A stretch of DNA of 64,000 nucleotides from Parcubacteria group bacterium LiPW_30 (GCA_007375595.1 VMEP01000001.1:10061-74060); one strand, 5' to 3'. Counted from the stretch's first letter, positions 1 to 10,293 are shown. The notes: generated by a model from the sequence alone, not told the origin. Numbers and translations: made by a program.

Positions 1-1712
1 TCTCCGGGGTCTCCCTGTCGTCCTGCGCGACCACGCAACTGATTATCAATTCGGCGCGCTTCGTGGCGTTCCGTACCAATGACAGCAAGCCCACCTAAAT
101 CACGCACCGCTTCATATGTTTCTTTAGTATGAGGATTCCCTCCGAGCTTAATATCAACTCCACGACCAGCCATGTTTGTTGCAATAACAACATTACCCTT
201 CTTTCCAGCCTGAGCAATAATCTCTCCTTCACGTTCGTGATTTTTTGCGTTCAACACTTCGTGCGGAATACCTTCGTGCTTAAAATACTCCGAAAGAATT
301 TCGTTCTTATCAATAGAAGCCGTGCCAATAAGCACCGGTTGCCCTCTTTGATTTAATTCTTTAACACGCGCCGTAAGTGCCTTCCATTTCCCAGTCTCTG
401 TTTGAAAAATTAAATCATTTCTATCTAGTCGCTTAATATCACGATGTGTAGGAATTGCTATAACTTCAAGTCCATAAACCTTGAAAAATTCTTCTGTACT
501 CGTCATCGCGGTTCCTGTCATACCTGAAAGTTTGCCGTATAGTCTGAAGTAATTTTGGAATGAAACAGAAGCTAGCGTCCTTGATTCACGCTCTATATGC
601 ACCCCTTCTTTTGCCTCAATAGCCTGATGTAGGCCCTCTGACCAACGACGACCTGGCTGAAGACGGCCAGTAAACTCATCAACAATAACAATCGCATTAT
701 CTTTAACCACATACTCCTTATCCTTTTCAAAAAGCGCCTTAGCACGAACGGCCGTCTCTAAATGGTGAACGTACTTAATACCTTTTTCTGTGTATAAATT
801 ATCTATTTTTAAGGTCTTTTCTGCCTTTGTAATGCCGGAATCAGTCATTGCAATAGACTTACTCTTCTCATCGACGGTATAATCCTCATCTTTCTTCATC
901 TGAGAGGCGATACGAGCAAAAGTACGGTATAAATCCTCTGATTCTGCCGCTTGTCCGGAAATAATAAGAGGGGTGCGAGCTTCATCAATTAAAATAGAGT
1001 CGATTTCATCAACAATCGCATAAGCATGCCCCCTTTGAACCAACGTTTCTTTTTCATAAGCAAGATGGTCGCGCAAATAATCAAAACCAAACTCATTATT
1101 TGTTCCGTAAGTTATATCTGCGTGATACGCCTCACGTCTTGTACATGGGCGCAAAAATTCATGAACAACATGAAATGACCCAATCAAATCTCGCTCCGCA
1201 TCTTCATCTTTGTGATTAGGATCATAAATAAAAGATGATTCATGGTTGATGATACCAATAGTTAAACCAAGCGCTGAATAAATTTGTCCCATCCACACAC
1301 CATCACGTCGCGCGAGATAATCATTCACGGTAACAATATGCACACCTTCACCGGTTAATGCGTTTAGATATGCCGGCAATGTTGCAACAAGTGTCTTTCC
1401 TTCTCCTGTTCTCATCTCAGCAATGTTGCCATTATGCAAAACGAGGCCACCGATTATTTGTACATCGTAATGACGTTCACCTAAAGTTCTCTTTGAAGCT
1501 TCACGAACCAAAGCAAAAGCCTCCGGCATAATATCATCGAGCGTCTCCCCTTCTGACAAACGTTTTTTAAACTGTTCTGTTTTTTGACGCATCTCATCAA
1601 AAGAAAGTTTCTCTACTTCTTTTTCAAATTCCGCAATTTTTAAAACAGAAGAATTAAGGGCTTTTACAGCCTTTTCACTCGTCGTTCCTAGTATTTTTTC
1701 CAAGAAAAGCAT
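1..1712 (-). CDS. secA: Preprotein translocase SecA (5' part; runs off the left edge)
   Basis: Not in the ORF track. Manual minus-strand translation from ATG 1712 gives MLFLEKILG..., [36 protein letters not shown] and [18 protein letters not shown], all SecA signatures. Confidence 0.97.
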   Translation of the reverse strand, partial: MLFLEKILGTTSEKAVKALNSSVLKIAEFEKEVEKLSFDEMRQKTEQFKKRLSEGETLDDIMPEAFALVREASKRTLGERHYDVQIIGGLVLHNGNIAEMRTGEGKTLVATLPAYLNALTGEGVHIVTVNDYLARRDGVWMGQIYSALGLTIGIINHESSFIYDPNHKDEDAERDLIGSFHVVHEFLRPCTRREAYHADITYGTNNEFGFDYLRDHLAYEKETLVQRGHAYAIVDEIDSILIDEARTPLIISGQAAESEDLYRTFARIASQMKKDEDYTVDEKSKSIAMTDSGITKAEKTLKIDNLYTEKGIKYVHHLETAVRAKALFEKDKEYVVKDNAIVIVDEFTGRLQPGRRWSEGLHQAIEAKEGVHIERESRTLASVSFQNYFRLYGKLSGMTGTAMTSTEEFFKVYGLEVIAIPTHRDIKRLDRNDLIFQTETGKWKALTARVKELNQRGQPVLIGTASIDKNEILSEYFKHEGIPHEVLNAKNHEREGEIIAQAGKKGNVVIATNMAGRGVDIKLGGNPHTKETYEAVRDLGGLAVIGTERHEARRIDNQLRGRAGRQGDPG

Positions 1713-1772
1713 GGTGAGTATTCTAGCATTTAGGCCCTTTGTGGGCTAATTGGCCATGATTATAATAATACC

Positions 1773-1899
1773 TAAGGATTCAAAGAAATGAGTACAGTTC
1801 TAGGAGCGCAAACAAAAAAGAACGAGATGTACTAAGCCGTACATTGAGTGATTTTTTGTGTAGGGCGACAACGAAATGTGCCATTTCTTTTAATCCTTA
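1773..1899. repeat. 127-bp MITE-like long hairpin element
   Basis: Terminal inverted repeats TAAGGATTcAAAGAAATG / CATTTCTTTtAATCCTTA match at 17/18, both ends are TA, and there is an internal ATGTAC-TAAGCC-GTACAT hairpin. Confidence 0.55.
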
Positions 1900-1902
1900 T
1901 AC

Positions 1903-1943
1903 AAAATAACAAAAACCTCTCGCGAGAGAGGTTTTGTTATTTT
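1903..1943 (-). terminator. Intrinsic terminator after the small basic peptide gene
   Basis: Inverted repeat AAAATAACAAAAaCCTCTC-GCGA-GAGAGGTTTTGTTATTTT, 14 nt past the stop codon. Confidence 0.7.
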
Positions 1944-1956
1944 ACAGCACGAGCAA

Positions 1957-2031
1957 TTATGAGCGCTTTGCTTTCTTTGCTTTCTTTGCTGGCTTCTTCT
2001 TTGCTGCTGCCTTCTTTTTTTTTGCTGCCAT
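1957..2031 (-). CDS. 24-aa Lys/Ala-rich histone-H1-like basic peptide
   Basis: Manual translation MAAKKKKAAAKKKPAKKAKKAKRS*. Strong GCA/AAG/AAA codon periodicity and a terminator directly after it. Confidence 0.75.
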   Translation of the reverse strand: MAAKKKKAAAKKKPAKKAKKAKRS

Positions 2032-2180
2032 TTTATTAAGGTACGATTATTTTTTAAAGTTGCAGAGTCATCGACCATTCAAAAAAATTAAAAAACTTTT
2101 TTGAAACAAAACGACTACTGCAGTACTGGTATCATTATCATATGCAAACAAAACGCATGCAATATTTTTTTAGAGAAAAG

Positions 2181-2189
2181 TGTGGATAA
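2181..2189. promoter_or_regulatory. DnaA-box consensus (TGTGGATAA)
   Basis: Exact reverse complement of TTATCCACA in intergenic DNA. A single box, function unproven. Confidence 0.35.
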
Positions 2190-2233
2190 CTTTTCTTTGA
2201 AAAAATATTTTCTTTTTAAAGAAAAAAAATAAA

Positions 2234-3280
2234 TTATTTTTTAAAAAAATTTCCAACAAAACAAACCTCAAATTGAAGCCTTACACCAAAAATTTCAAAA
2301 ACTTTTTCCTGTATTAACGAAGCTAAAGAAAATATTTCATCCGAACTACCACCACTGTAATTAACTAAAACAAGAGCGTGCTTTTCATATATACCAACGC
2401 CACCATGACGTAATCCTTTTTTATTCCCCGCATGTTCAATCAACCAACCTGCAGAAAGTTTTTTTAAATCATTATTATCCGTCGAGAAAACTGGCATATC
2501 AGGATATTTTTCGATTAAATAGTCTGCTTGTTTTTTGTCTACCACAGGATTTTTAAAAAACGAACCAGCTGTCCCGTAAACATTTAAATCTGACAATTTT
2601 AGAGCCCGAACAAGTAAAACGGCGTCGCGTACATCTTTCGCCTTCGCTTCTTCAATGGTGATTCCCCTCTTTAAAAGCTCCTCAGAAATTTCTTTGTGGT
2701 TTATTTGTGTTTGATAATTCTTAGAAAGATTAAATGCAACCTCTGTAATTATTAAATTTTTACCAAAATCTTTTTTAAAAATACTATCTCGATAACCAAA
2801 AACGCATTCATTATTAAAAAATTTTTTATTTTCTTTAGTCTTAATATCAAAAACATCCACCCATTCTATAAACTGTGATATTTCTTTTCCGTAAGCTCCA
2901 ATATTTTGAACAGGAGATGCTCCCACTGTCCCTGGAATACCTGAGAGCAACTCCAAGCCAAAAAAATTATTTTTGATTAAATAATTTACAAAACCATCCC
3001 ATGATTCTCCAGCCGAAGCTTTCGCTATTATTTTTCCATCTTTCTCTTCAATTGAAATACCGCGTAAAGAAATTTTTATTACCAAACCAAAAAATCCATC
3101 GTCAGAAATTAAAACATTAGATCCACCTCCTAAAATATAAATTGGTAATTTATTTTTTTCAGAAAAAGAAATAGCCTCTTTAATATCATCTATTGATTCT
3201 GCTTCGCAAAAATAACGAGCCGTACCTCCAATACGAAAAGTTGTTAAGTCTTTAAGTAAAATATTTTCTTCTATTTTCAT
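2234..3280 (-). CDS. murB: UDP-N-acetylenolpyruvoylglucosamine reductase
   Basis: TTFRIGG, ILGGGSN, GIPGTVGASPVQNIGAYG, FGYRDS and AGSFFKNP motifs. Likely start is MKIEEN at 3280. Confidence 0.95.
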   Translation of the reverse strand: MKIEENILLKDLTTFRIGGTARYFCEAESIDDIKEAISFSEKNKLPIYILGGGSNVLISDDGFFGLVIKISLRGISIEEKDGKIIAKASAGESWDGFVNYLIKNNFFGLELLSGIPGTVGASPVQNIGAYGKEISQFIEWVDVFDIKTKENKKFFNNECVFGYRDSIFKKDFGKNLIITEVAFNLSKNYQTQINHKEISEELLKRGITIEEAKAKDVRDAVLLVRALKLSDLNVYGTAGSFFKNPVVDKKQADYLIEKYPDMPVFSTDNNDLKKLSAGWLIEHAGNKKGLRHGGVGIYEKHALVLVNYSGGSSDEIFSLASLIQEKVFEIFGVRLQFEVCFVGNFFKK

Positions 3281-3587
3281 AAAAGGTATCATACCGCAGG
3301 GGGCAAGCCCTGCACCCAAAGCGTGTTCGCTTCGCTCACGCTTTGGCGCGGCAAGTCGCGCGGTATTTTAATCCCTTATATTGCTCTCCTCGGCTCGGAA
3401 ATGAGAAAGATTACTTTCTCATTTCACTCGCTCTACGTCGGCAATAAAAAAATTACCCGCAATCTTGGCTGGTAAGTGTTGGCTCCAAAAACAAATGTCT
3501 TATATGAGTGCGTTCACCAGCCAAGGTTACGGGCAACATAAAATAAGTATAGCAGTGGTTTTTATCTTTGTCTTTAAAATGTTTTTT

Positions 3588-3679
3588 GCACACACTACTA
3601 AAATACACGCGTAAAATTCTGCTGAATTTTCGCTCTGCTCGATTCGTCAATCTGCGCAAGGTATTTTAGTAGTGTGTGC
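3588..3679 (-). repeat. Structured element, copy A (GACG/AGCA double hairpin inside a 19-bp closing stem)
   Basis: Perfect 19-bp inverted repeat 3588-3606/3661-3679. The 54-nt core aligns without gaps to 61626-61679 with compensatory changes. Confidence 0.7.
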
Positions 3680-3995
3680 GAGAAGCGGAAATACTTAAAT
3701 GTGCATCTAATTTATCTCTCTAAAGGGTGGGGTGGCAACGCAAACTCACAAGTCAATCCGAATACGGACTGCTCGCGAGCCCACCTCGCCTCCCAGCAAG
3801 AGAAGCCTTGCTGGGGCCCGGCTCCGGTTGTTTTGCGATTCTGCTCTTTCGTAACCAATGCTCCGCATTGGTAAACGAGCAGAAACGCAAAACCCCGCCG
3901 AGGCGGGGGCTTACGCAGACATTCGTGCTTTTAAGAACTAACACAAAAGCACTCATACGAAGATACTATCAGAAATAACTTAAAAAGTCAAGTTT

Positions 3996-6365
3996 TTATG
4001 GGTTTCTTCCGGCTTTAATTTCTCTAATATAGTATTCTCCTTGATCTTTAAATTGTGGATTTATCTCAATTATTCTCTCTAGTAGACCGACAGCCTTGAG
4101 CCTATCTCCTATTTGAAGATAAGCTGCTGCAAGGGTTAGAAGGGTCTGTGGATCATTTGGATTGCTATTCAATTTTCTTTCTAGAAGAGAAGCTAATTTG
4201 CCGTAATTACCTGTTGTCGCATAAGCATTAATAAGTCGATTGTCTAAATTGTTATCACCCAAAAGTACCTCTGCTTCATCTACTTTTCCACCATAAATTA
4301 AAGATATCGCATATATAACCCTAGCTTCATTGTATGTCTGATCGCCGTCATAAGCTTTCTTCAAAACTTCAATTGCTTTATCAAACTCTTTTCTGTTTAT
4401 GTAAGCTGTCCCAAGTTCAAATAAAACTTGTTGTTTTTGAGGGGAAAGAGTTTGCGCTTTTTCTAGATACGTCACCGCTTCACTAAACTGAGAATAATTA
4501 TTTAACAAACCACCTAAGAATAACGGATAACGTACATCAAGGGGACTTTCTTCGGACTGCTTAATCATTTCGTTACGAGCTAGATTAACAAATTTTTGTT
4601 TTACTTCTACTGGAACGTTTGCTTGATTAATTTTAAGTGACACTTGTATTAATTGTTCTCGCGCTTCCCCACTTCCGAAAGTGTTGTAAGCAAAAGTCTT
4701 TTCAAAATATTCGAGGTTCTTATTAAAACCGCCTTCTACTTCTGAGTGCGGGGAAATTGCCTGTATCAAAGACATCGACGCAGAAATTGGTTTAATGTTA
4801 GCGAAGTACATAACGAGCACAAACCCAATAAACACGGACGGAACAAAAACATAACTAAGTAAGCTCTCTTCATTTTTTTTGTTTGGAGTAATTTGCTTGT
4901 TTTGAGAATTAAATTCATCTTCCCCAAATACCATCACGTTAATAAAACCAATTAACGAAAAGAATAGTATATAACTCACAAGATTATCAAAAACAAAAAG
5001 ATTGTGAAAAAAATATGCGCCAAACAAACCAGTTAAAATACTTTTCTCTGTAACAGTGAGTGACGAAGTAAGTCTCCACAAAGAGTAGAGAGCCGTAGCA
5101 AACATAGAGAGATACGCGAGAAGACCAAGAAAACCCGCGGCTATCAACCAGTCAAAGAAAACATTATGTGATCGATCAAACCATGGTTCCTGACTCCACA
5201 TTTTAGGATTGTAGTGTTTTGCAAATACGGCGATAAAGTTATCCTGTCCCCAGCCCAACAATGGGTTTTCTTTAACTCCCTGCCAGCTCATATTCCAAAT
5301 CATAGCGCGCGATTTAACTGTTTGTTCGGTAAACGAAATAGTTGAAAACCTGCTCAATACTGGACTATCAATAACGACTTGGGAATCTTTGAGTGCGACA
5401 AAAAGTCCAACAAAAAGCACAATTGTGGCGATTACCCCAACCGCAATATTTTTAACAAATCTGTTTTCGCGATTAAACCAAGCAATTAATAAAGCGGACA
5501 AGGCTGCGCCAGCGATGAGTCCTAAAATAGCCCCACGAGTTGCTGTGTAATAAAGAGCAATTAAATCAAGGACGAAGATGAAACAATAGAGCCCGCGATG
5601 AATTAAAACATTTTCATTTTTCACAAAATACAAATATCCAATTGTTGGTAGGCCAATCATGGAAAGCCCGAGGAGTAATTTTCCATAAAAACCTAAGGAT
5701 GCCGTATCACTTGCGACAATGTTTAAACCAAAAATTGCAAACAAAATAAGCCCGATTACCCATGAGTAAAAAATATCAAAGGAACCCTTTCCTTTATTTC
5801 TTACAAACCAAAAAACCATCAAGAAAATATTTATAAGAAGGAAAACAGCAAAATAAGTGGCGTTGCCTAAGGTTGCATCAGCACGAACACTCCCCTGGTT
5901 TATTGTTAACTCGCCGTGCACTTGCATCACTGAATAAAGGGTAAGGAAAAAATTTACTCCGAACAAAACGTGAAAAAATTTACTCCACAATTTTTCTGTC
6001 ACAACAACAGTCGTCACTACAAAGAAATATGCCACAACATGAAGAAGAGAAATTAACCCTTCCATTCTTTCGTAGTTTGACCAAAAACTGCGATAAGGAT
6101 TTATTCCAAAAATATCAGCAATGGCTACAATCCCAAGAAAAGAACCAACCGCAATCGTTATCCAGTTCTTTTTAGGACGATAGGAGGCATCGTAATAAGA
6201 GAGTAAAAGCCAAGCAGCAAAAATGATTTCAACAATAATACGGAATGTGAAATTTTTCCCTGTTATAAACGGGAAAAATAATGGCGTTGAAATTATAAGC
6301 GGAATAAAAGGAACTAGAAAAATACCGCTAATGATAAGACCTCTTAGAAAATTTTTTGTTAACAT
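3996..6365 (-). CDS. O-antigen ligase-like membrane protein with C-terminal TPR repeats
   Basis: Many TM segments, ATLGNATY, TATRGA, GWGQDNF and DRSHN Wzy_C-type motifs, TPR-like helical C-terminus. Confidence 0.8.
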   Translation of the reverse strand: MLTKNFLRGLIISGIFLVPFIPLIISTPLFFPFITGKNFTFRIIVEIIFAAWLLLSYYDASYRPKKNWITIAVGSFLGIVAIADIFGINPYRSFWSNYERMEGLISLLHVVAYFFVVTTVVVTEKLWSKFFHVLFGVNFFLTLYSVMQVHGELTINQGSVRADATLGNATYFAVFLLINIFLMVFWFVRNKGKGSFDIFYSWVIGLILFAIFGLNIVASDTASLGFYGKLLLGLSMIGLPTIGYLYFVKNENVLIHRGLYCFIFVLDLIALYYTATRGAILGLIAGAALSALLIAWFNRENRFVKNIAVGVIATIVLFVGLFVALKDSQVVIDSPVLSRFSTISFTEQTVKSRAMIWNMSWQGVKENPLLGWGQDNFIAVFAKHYNPKMWSQEPWFDRSHNVFFDWLIAAGFLGLLAYLSMFATALYSLWRLTSSLTVTEKSILTGLFGAYFFHNLFVFDNLVSYILFFSLIGFINVMVFGEDEFNSQNKQITPNKKNEESLLSYVFVPSVFIGFVLVMYFANIKPISASMSLIQAISPHSEVEGGFNKNLEYFEKTFAYNTFGSGEAREQLIQVSLKINQANVPVEVKQKFVNLARNEMIKQSEESPLDVRYPLFLGGLLNNYSQFSEAVTYLEKAQTLSPQKQQVLFELGTAYINRKEFDKAIEVLKKAYDGDQTYNEARVIYAISLIYGGKVDEAEVLLGDNNLDNRLINAYATTGNYGKLASLLERKLNSNPNDPQTLLTLAAAYLQIGDRLKAVGLLERIIEINPQFKDQGEYYIREIKAGRNP

Positions 6366-6449
6366 GAATTATTTTAAATTATTAATCTGCCTCCTAATTT
6401 ATTCGTTAGATTTTAGCATAATTTTAAACTTTCCCCCCAAAAAGTCGTT

Positions 6450-9400
6450 TTATGGAGCAACGCCATATACCCAATTCAAAACACCATATCTTTGGTGTGG
6501 AGGAGTTGCTGACGTTCCAATGAAAAAATTATTAAAGGCTATTCTTTCTGTAATATTTACCGAACCGCCATTTATAAGTGGATTTTCGTAAATAACAGCA
6601 AAATAATTTTCGCCAGAAACGAAGTTGGTTGGATTTATATTAAACAACTGCCCATATTCAGAATTTGTTCCCATGTCCAACCCATAAATACTAGTTGAAC
6701 TACCAACTACCCCACGATACAAGCCGGCAACCTTATATCCGGTTAGAGAATCTGTCAAAAAGCGACAGTTATAATAAGATGAACCAGAAAGCGCGGGAGT
6801 ATAGTATTCATTCTCCAAAAAACTCGAGGTATAAGAATCACAGTAAAAACCAACACGCCCCATACTTATGCTATTTCGCGCTTTTGGTGTTCCATTAATA
6901 GCATTTCCATCTTTGTCGTGTCCGGTCAAATAAGACCCATCGTTTTGTCCCCAATTATTTTTATCACTTCCAATAGTGTCAGAAGGTTTTCTTTCCATCG
7001 TTTTGTAATCAGGAGAAGATCCACCACCACACCAACCACCGCATTCTGATAAAATTGGTGTTTGGTCGACAGTTGAAGTTGACACGCCACCACCAAAAAT
7101 TAAACTCAAAACTTCGCCGTCGTTTGAAAGACCGGCGCCACCACTTAACCCACTAAAAGGAACAGCTAAATCAACTACAACATCTGAAAATATATCTCCA
7201 GAAGCGCCACGTCCAATCAAAAAATATCCATTGGGTGGAATGGTACCAGAAAGCGGAATATGCGGAGTGCCGTCTTCGGCGGATATATAAAGTCCTGATA
7301 AATTAAGTGAGTAGATAGTTCTATTTTTTAGTTCAATCCATTCAGCATAAGGTGAAGCTATATTCCCTGCCCACGCAACTTCGTTGATAATTATCGGCAT
7401 ATGACTTGCCGTGAAGTAAGTTGTATTGCCACTGGTTGAAAGATCACTGTTTCCAAAAATACTAACAGCAACAACTTTCAAGTCATATGGCCCTTCTGTG
7501 GTTGGAACAACAACAGAAGTCTCACTTGTTGTTGCAATAGTTGAAAACCCTGTCAAATTTGTTCCTTTAATTATTTCAAAATAACTGTAATTGGGTGTAT
7601 TAACTGACCAAGAAATGGTAGCTTGCCCAGCTGGAATAAAACACGACTGCGGTGGTGACTGCAAAGAATAAGCACACTCAGCAACACTCACTCCTGTTGC
7701 TCTAGGCTGTACCGTGTAAACATTAAAAACGGCGTCGCTTGAATCGGAGATGTTGTTGTTTTGATCAACAACAAAAAATTTTATTGTTGTTGTCCCTTCC
7801 GGTAAATCAGAAAATGGAATTGACCACACAGTGGAGGAAGCTATCACCGTGGTCACGCTATTAAAATTATTCGTTACCGTAAATCCTGGTGTTGCAGTCC
7901 CGGAAAAAGTAACAGACTTTTCCCGAAGCTGTAGTGGAAAGGTGTGTGAAGTAATCGCGGGTGGCGAGACGACAGGAATATCAACCGTTAATGTAACTTC
8001 TTGTTGACCAATATTTTCATTACCCAAAACTCTCGCAAAAAATTGTATCGTGCTCGCCCCTTGTGGAAAGAGAGATACAGAGAATGACCAATTCCCTTCT
8101 CCTGAAGAGGTCGTGGTAGCTTGCGAAAAAGAATTTGAGATAACTGCGCCAGGAGTCGAGGTGCCAGAGAATATTATCGTTGTCGTTGCGAACGTTTGAG
8201 AAAAATCAACTGGTGATGTTACGGAAATTAAAACTTGTTCTGGTTCGCTTGAGACATCGGCGACATTAAGCGTCTCCTCAACAGAAGATGTTTGTGTTTG
8301 TTCTTGTGTTTGTGTTACAGCGGGCGCACTACCGCCACCAAACCCAGGAGAAAAACCACTACCAAAATTTATCTTTGGTTCTGAAATATTATTTACAGCT
8401 GGCTCTGGTGCGGTTGTTTCTTTCGCAATTATTGTATTTACTACTGATTCTGTTGGGTTACCCTCATTCTGCGCTTCGCCTTGAGACACCACTTCCGTTT
8501 GTTGAATCGTTTGATTTGATTCGGCAATTACAACAGGAGTATTTTGATTAGTAGTTTTTATTTGTGTTTGTGTTTGTCCGTTTGTACTACTATTTTCTGT
8601 AGCTAAAACTACTGCCGCGCCACTATTTGAGTTACTAAAAGCAAAATTGGTAACAACCTGTATACCAGACCCAATAGCCGAAGCAATATTTTTTGTCGCG
8701 CCATAAACACCGCTCGCTACCGCAAGCGTCCCGTCTAATGTAGTTTCCGCTACTGGATCGACAACGGCAAAAATCGCACCCTCGACCTTATGCGCGGTAG
8801 TAAGTTTCGGTGGCGCAATACAAGGTAAATTTTCACTATTATTAGCCTTCAAATTATCGAGTGATCCTTTAATATCGGAAACAATTTGATTGGCGCGATA
8901 TTTTATATAAACATCTGAAAAATTATGTCCAAGTTTATCATCCCCTTCTTTTAATTCGATGTTCGTGTTTGCTGGCATAATTTTCCTAAACGGCACGCTA
9001 GCGACAAAATCAGAAATAACTTTATCGGTACTTGAGGTAAGCCACTTTCCACCGCCCGCAACGCGACTAGCTGGAGTGGCAACGGAATAAACAGCAATAG
9101 AGTTTGCAGAAGCATTTTCTTGATTCCCGTAAACTTTGTCGTGAAAACTGTTAGCGTAAAAATTGCCCTGTGAATGGGCAACGAGGAGCACTTTTTTAGT
9201 TTTAACTTTTTCACTGGCCGATTGAAGCATTTCAACCAGATCGTAATCTTCTACTGTTTCTTCATCAAAAACTTTTTGATATAGAGCCTTTAACCCATCA
9301 CCAATGCCAGCGAGGTGGGAGGGATTGTGAAGATAATCTACGATTAGCGGTTCATTGTTGTGAGTTGCCCGCAATCTACTTTTTAATCTATCTTTATTCT

Positions 9401-9563
9401 TGATAGCATCGATCTCATCAGTAAATACTCCATTTATAGCAAATACACTGTACCCTTCTGACAAGCACTTATCAGCACCTTGGGCGTAACCAAAAAATGG
9501 AAAAAGGAATATCGCTATCGTAAATATAAATAATTTATATTCCAATAAGATGTATTTCTTCAT
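6450..9563 (-). CDS. Large secreted protein: alpha/beta-hydrolase-like domain, Ig-like repeats and a lamin-tail domain
   Basis: Signal peptide, VAHSQGN nucleophile elbow, Thr/Gln-rich linker, beta-rich repeats and IIINEVAWAG..AEWIELKN lamin-tail motif. Confidence 0.65.
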   Translation of the reverse strand: MKKYILLEYKLFIFTIAIFLFPFFGYAQGADKCLSEGYSVFAINGVFTDEIDAIKNKDRLKSRLRATHNNEPLIVDYLHNPSHLAGIGDGLKALYQKVFDEETVEDYDLVEMLQSASEKVKTKKVLLVAHSQGNFYANSFHDKVYGNQENASANSIAVYSVATPASRVAGGGKWLTSSTDKVISDFVASVPFRKIMPANTNIELKEGDDKLGHNFSDVYIKYRANQIVSDIKGSLDNLKANNSENLPCIAPPKLTTAHKVEGAIFAVVDPVAETTLDGTLAVASGVYGATKNIASAIGSGIQVVTNFAFSNSNSGAAVVLATENSSTNGQTQTQIKTTNQNTPVVIAESNQTIQQTEVVSQGEAQNEGNPTESVVNTIIAKETTAPEPAVNNISEPKINFGSGFSPGFGGGSAPAVTQTQEQTQTSSVEETLNVADVSSEPEQVLISVTSPVDFSQTFATTTIIFSGTSTPGAVISNSFSQATTTSSGEGNWSFSVSLFPQGASTIQFFARVLGNENIGQQEVTLTVDIPVVSPPAITSHTFPLQLREKSVTFSGTATPGFTVTNNFNSVTTVIASSTVWSIPFSDLPEGTTTIKFFVVDQNNNISDSSDAVFNVYTVQPRATGVSVAECAYSLQSPPQSCFIPAGQATISWSVNTPNYSYFEIIKGTNLTGFSTIATTSETSVVVPTTEGPYDLKVVAVSIFGNSDLSTSGNTTYFTASHMPIIINEVAWAGNIASPYAEWIELKNRTIYSLNLSGLYISAEDGTPHIPLSGTIPPNGYFLIGRGASGDIFSDVVVDLAVPFSGLSGGAGLSNDGEVLSLIFGGGVSTSTVDQTPILSECGGWCGGGSSPDYKTMERKPSDTIGSDKNNWGQNDGSYLTGHDKDGNAINGTPKARNSISMGRVGFYCDSYTSSFLENEYYTPALSGSSYYNCRFLTDSLTGYKVAGLYRGVVGSSTSIYGLDMGTNSEYGQLFNINPTNFVSGENYFAVIYENPLINGGSVNITERIAFNNFFIGTSATPPHQRYGVLNWVYGVAP

Positions 9564-9567
9564 TCTT

Positions 9568-10206
9568 TTAGTTAGACAGTTGTGAATAATCTATATCGCA
9601 CTCCTCATCTTTTACTGAATTAGCAAAGTTTCCAATATTTTTATAAAAATCTTTTCGTGCCTTTTCCCGAGTATCGGTATTAAATTGCCTATCTTCAATA
9701 AAATCAATAAATGTATCTATTTTTTCAACATCTGTATTACTTCTGTCAGATTCAGGGGTTTCCCTTGGCACAAGACTATCAGCAATACAAAAACCTGCCC
9801 TACTCTGTTCCCCAATCACTTTGTCTACTACGGTTGTATTAACTATTGACTGCGTAACCCCCATTTGCAAAGCGAGTGCATACTGCAAAAGAGCTGCCCT
9901 TGTTTTAGCCGAGTTTGGATATTCTTTAAAAATTGCGAGTTCTACGTCATCGCGAATTCCATTTGTGTTAGCATCAATTCCCACAACCGTCTTATCAGCT
10001 TCCGCCCCTGGGTCGGGTGGCAAGTTTCTACCAAAAACATCATCTAGTGTAAGTTTGGTTGAATGTATTTTTTCAACCTGTTTATTTGTTTTCTCTAAAT
10101 TCCAAAAATGAAAAGCTCGATAAATTACCAATGCAACATAAATAATAAAAATAACGGCGAGCGCCCGTAATAAAATCTTCTTCCACCCCCAAGTTAAAAT
10201 GGACAT
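9568..10206 (-). CDS. Membrane-anchored hypothetical protein with a GIDxxxNGIRDDVE (Ca-binding-like) motif
   Basis: N-terminal TM helix and LPPDPG...GIDANTNGIRDDVE. Lies 4 nt upstream of the large secreted gene. Confidence 0.6.
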   Translation of the reverse strand: MSILTWGWKKILLRALAVIFIIYVALVIYRAFHFWNLEKTNKQVEKIHSTKLTLDDVFGRNLPPDPGAEADKTVVGIDANTNGIRDDVELAIFKEYPNSAKTRAALLQYALALQMGVTQSIVNTTVVDKVIGEQSRAGFCIADSLVPRETPESDRSNTDVEKIDTFIDFIEDRQFNTDTREKARKDFYKNIGNFANSVKDEECDIDYSQLSN

Positions 10207-10293
10207 ATTCCCCAAATTTTAACAAACACTGCTCAAACTTTCCCCTCTTCCACAGCAAATCTGTGGATAACTCCCTTCTTATCATTTTCCCCT

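Noticed and set aside
1848-2078. 62-63-aa ORFs in the track
   Set aside because: Alternative frames of the Lys/Ala peptide gene, and they run through its terminator.
3453-3978. Four short ORFs in the murB upstream spacer
   Set aside because: They overlap on both strands of GC-rich hairpins and have no RBS or recognisable motif.
2181-10270. Replication origin suggested by DnaA boxes at 2181 and 10262
   Set aside because: Isolated boxes 8 kb apart, with no cluster and no dnaA/dnaN.
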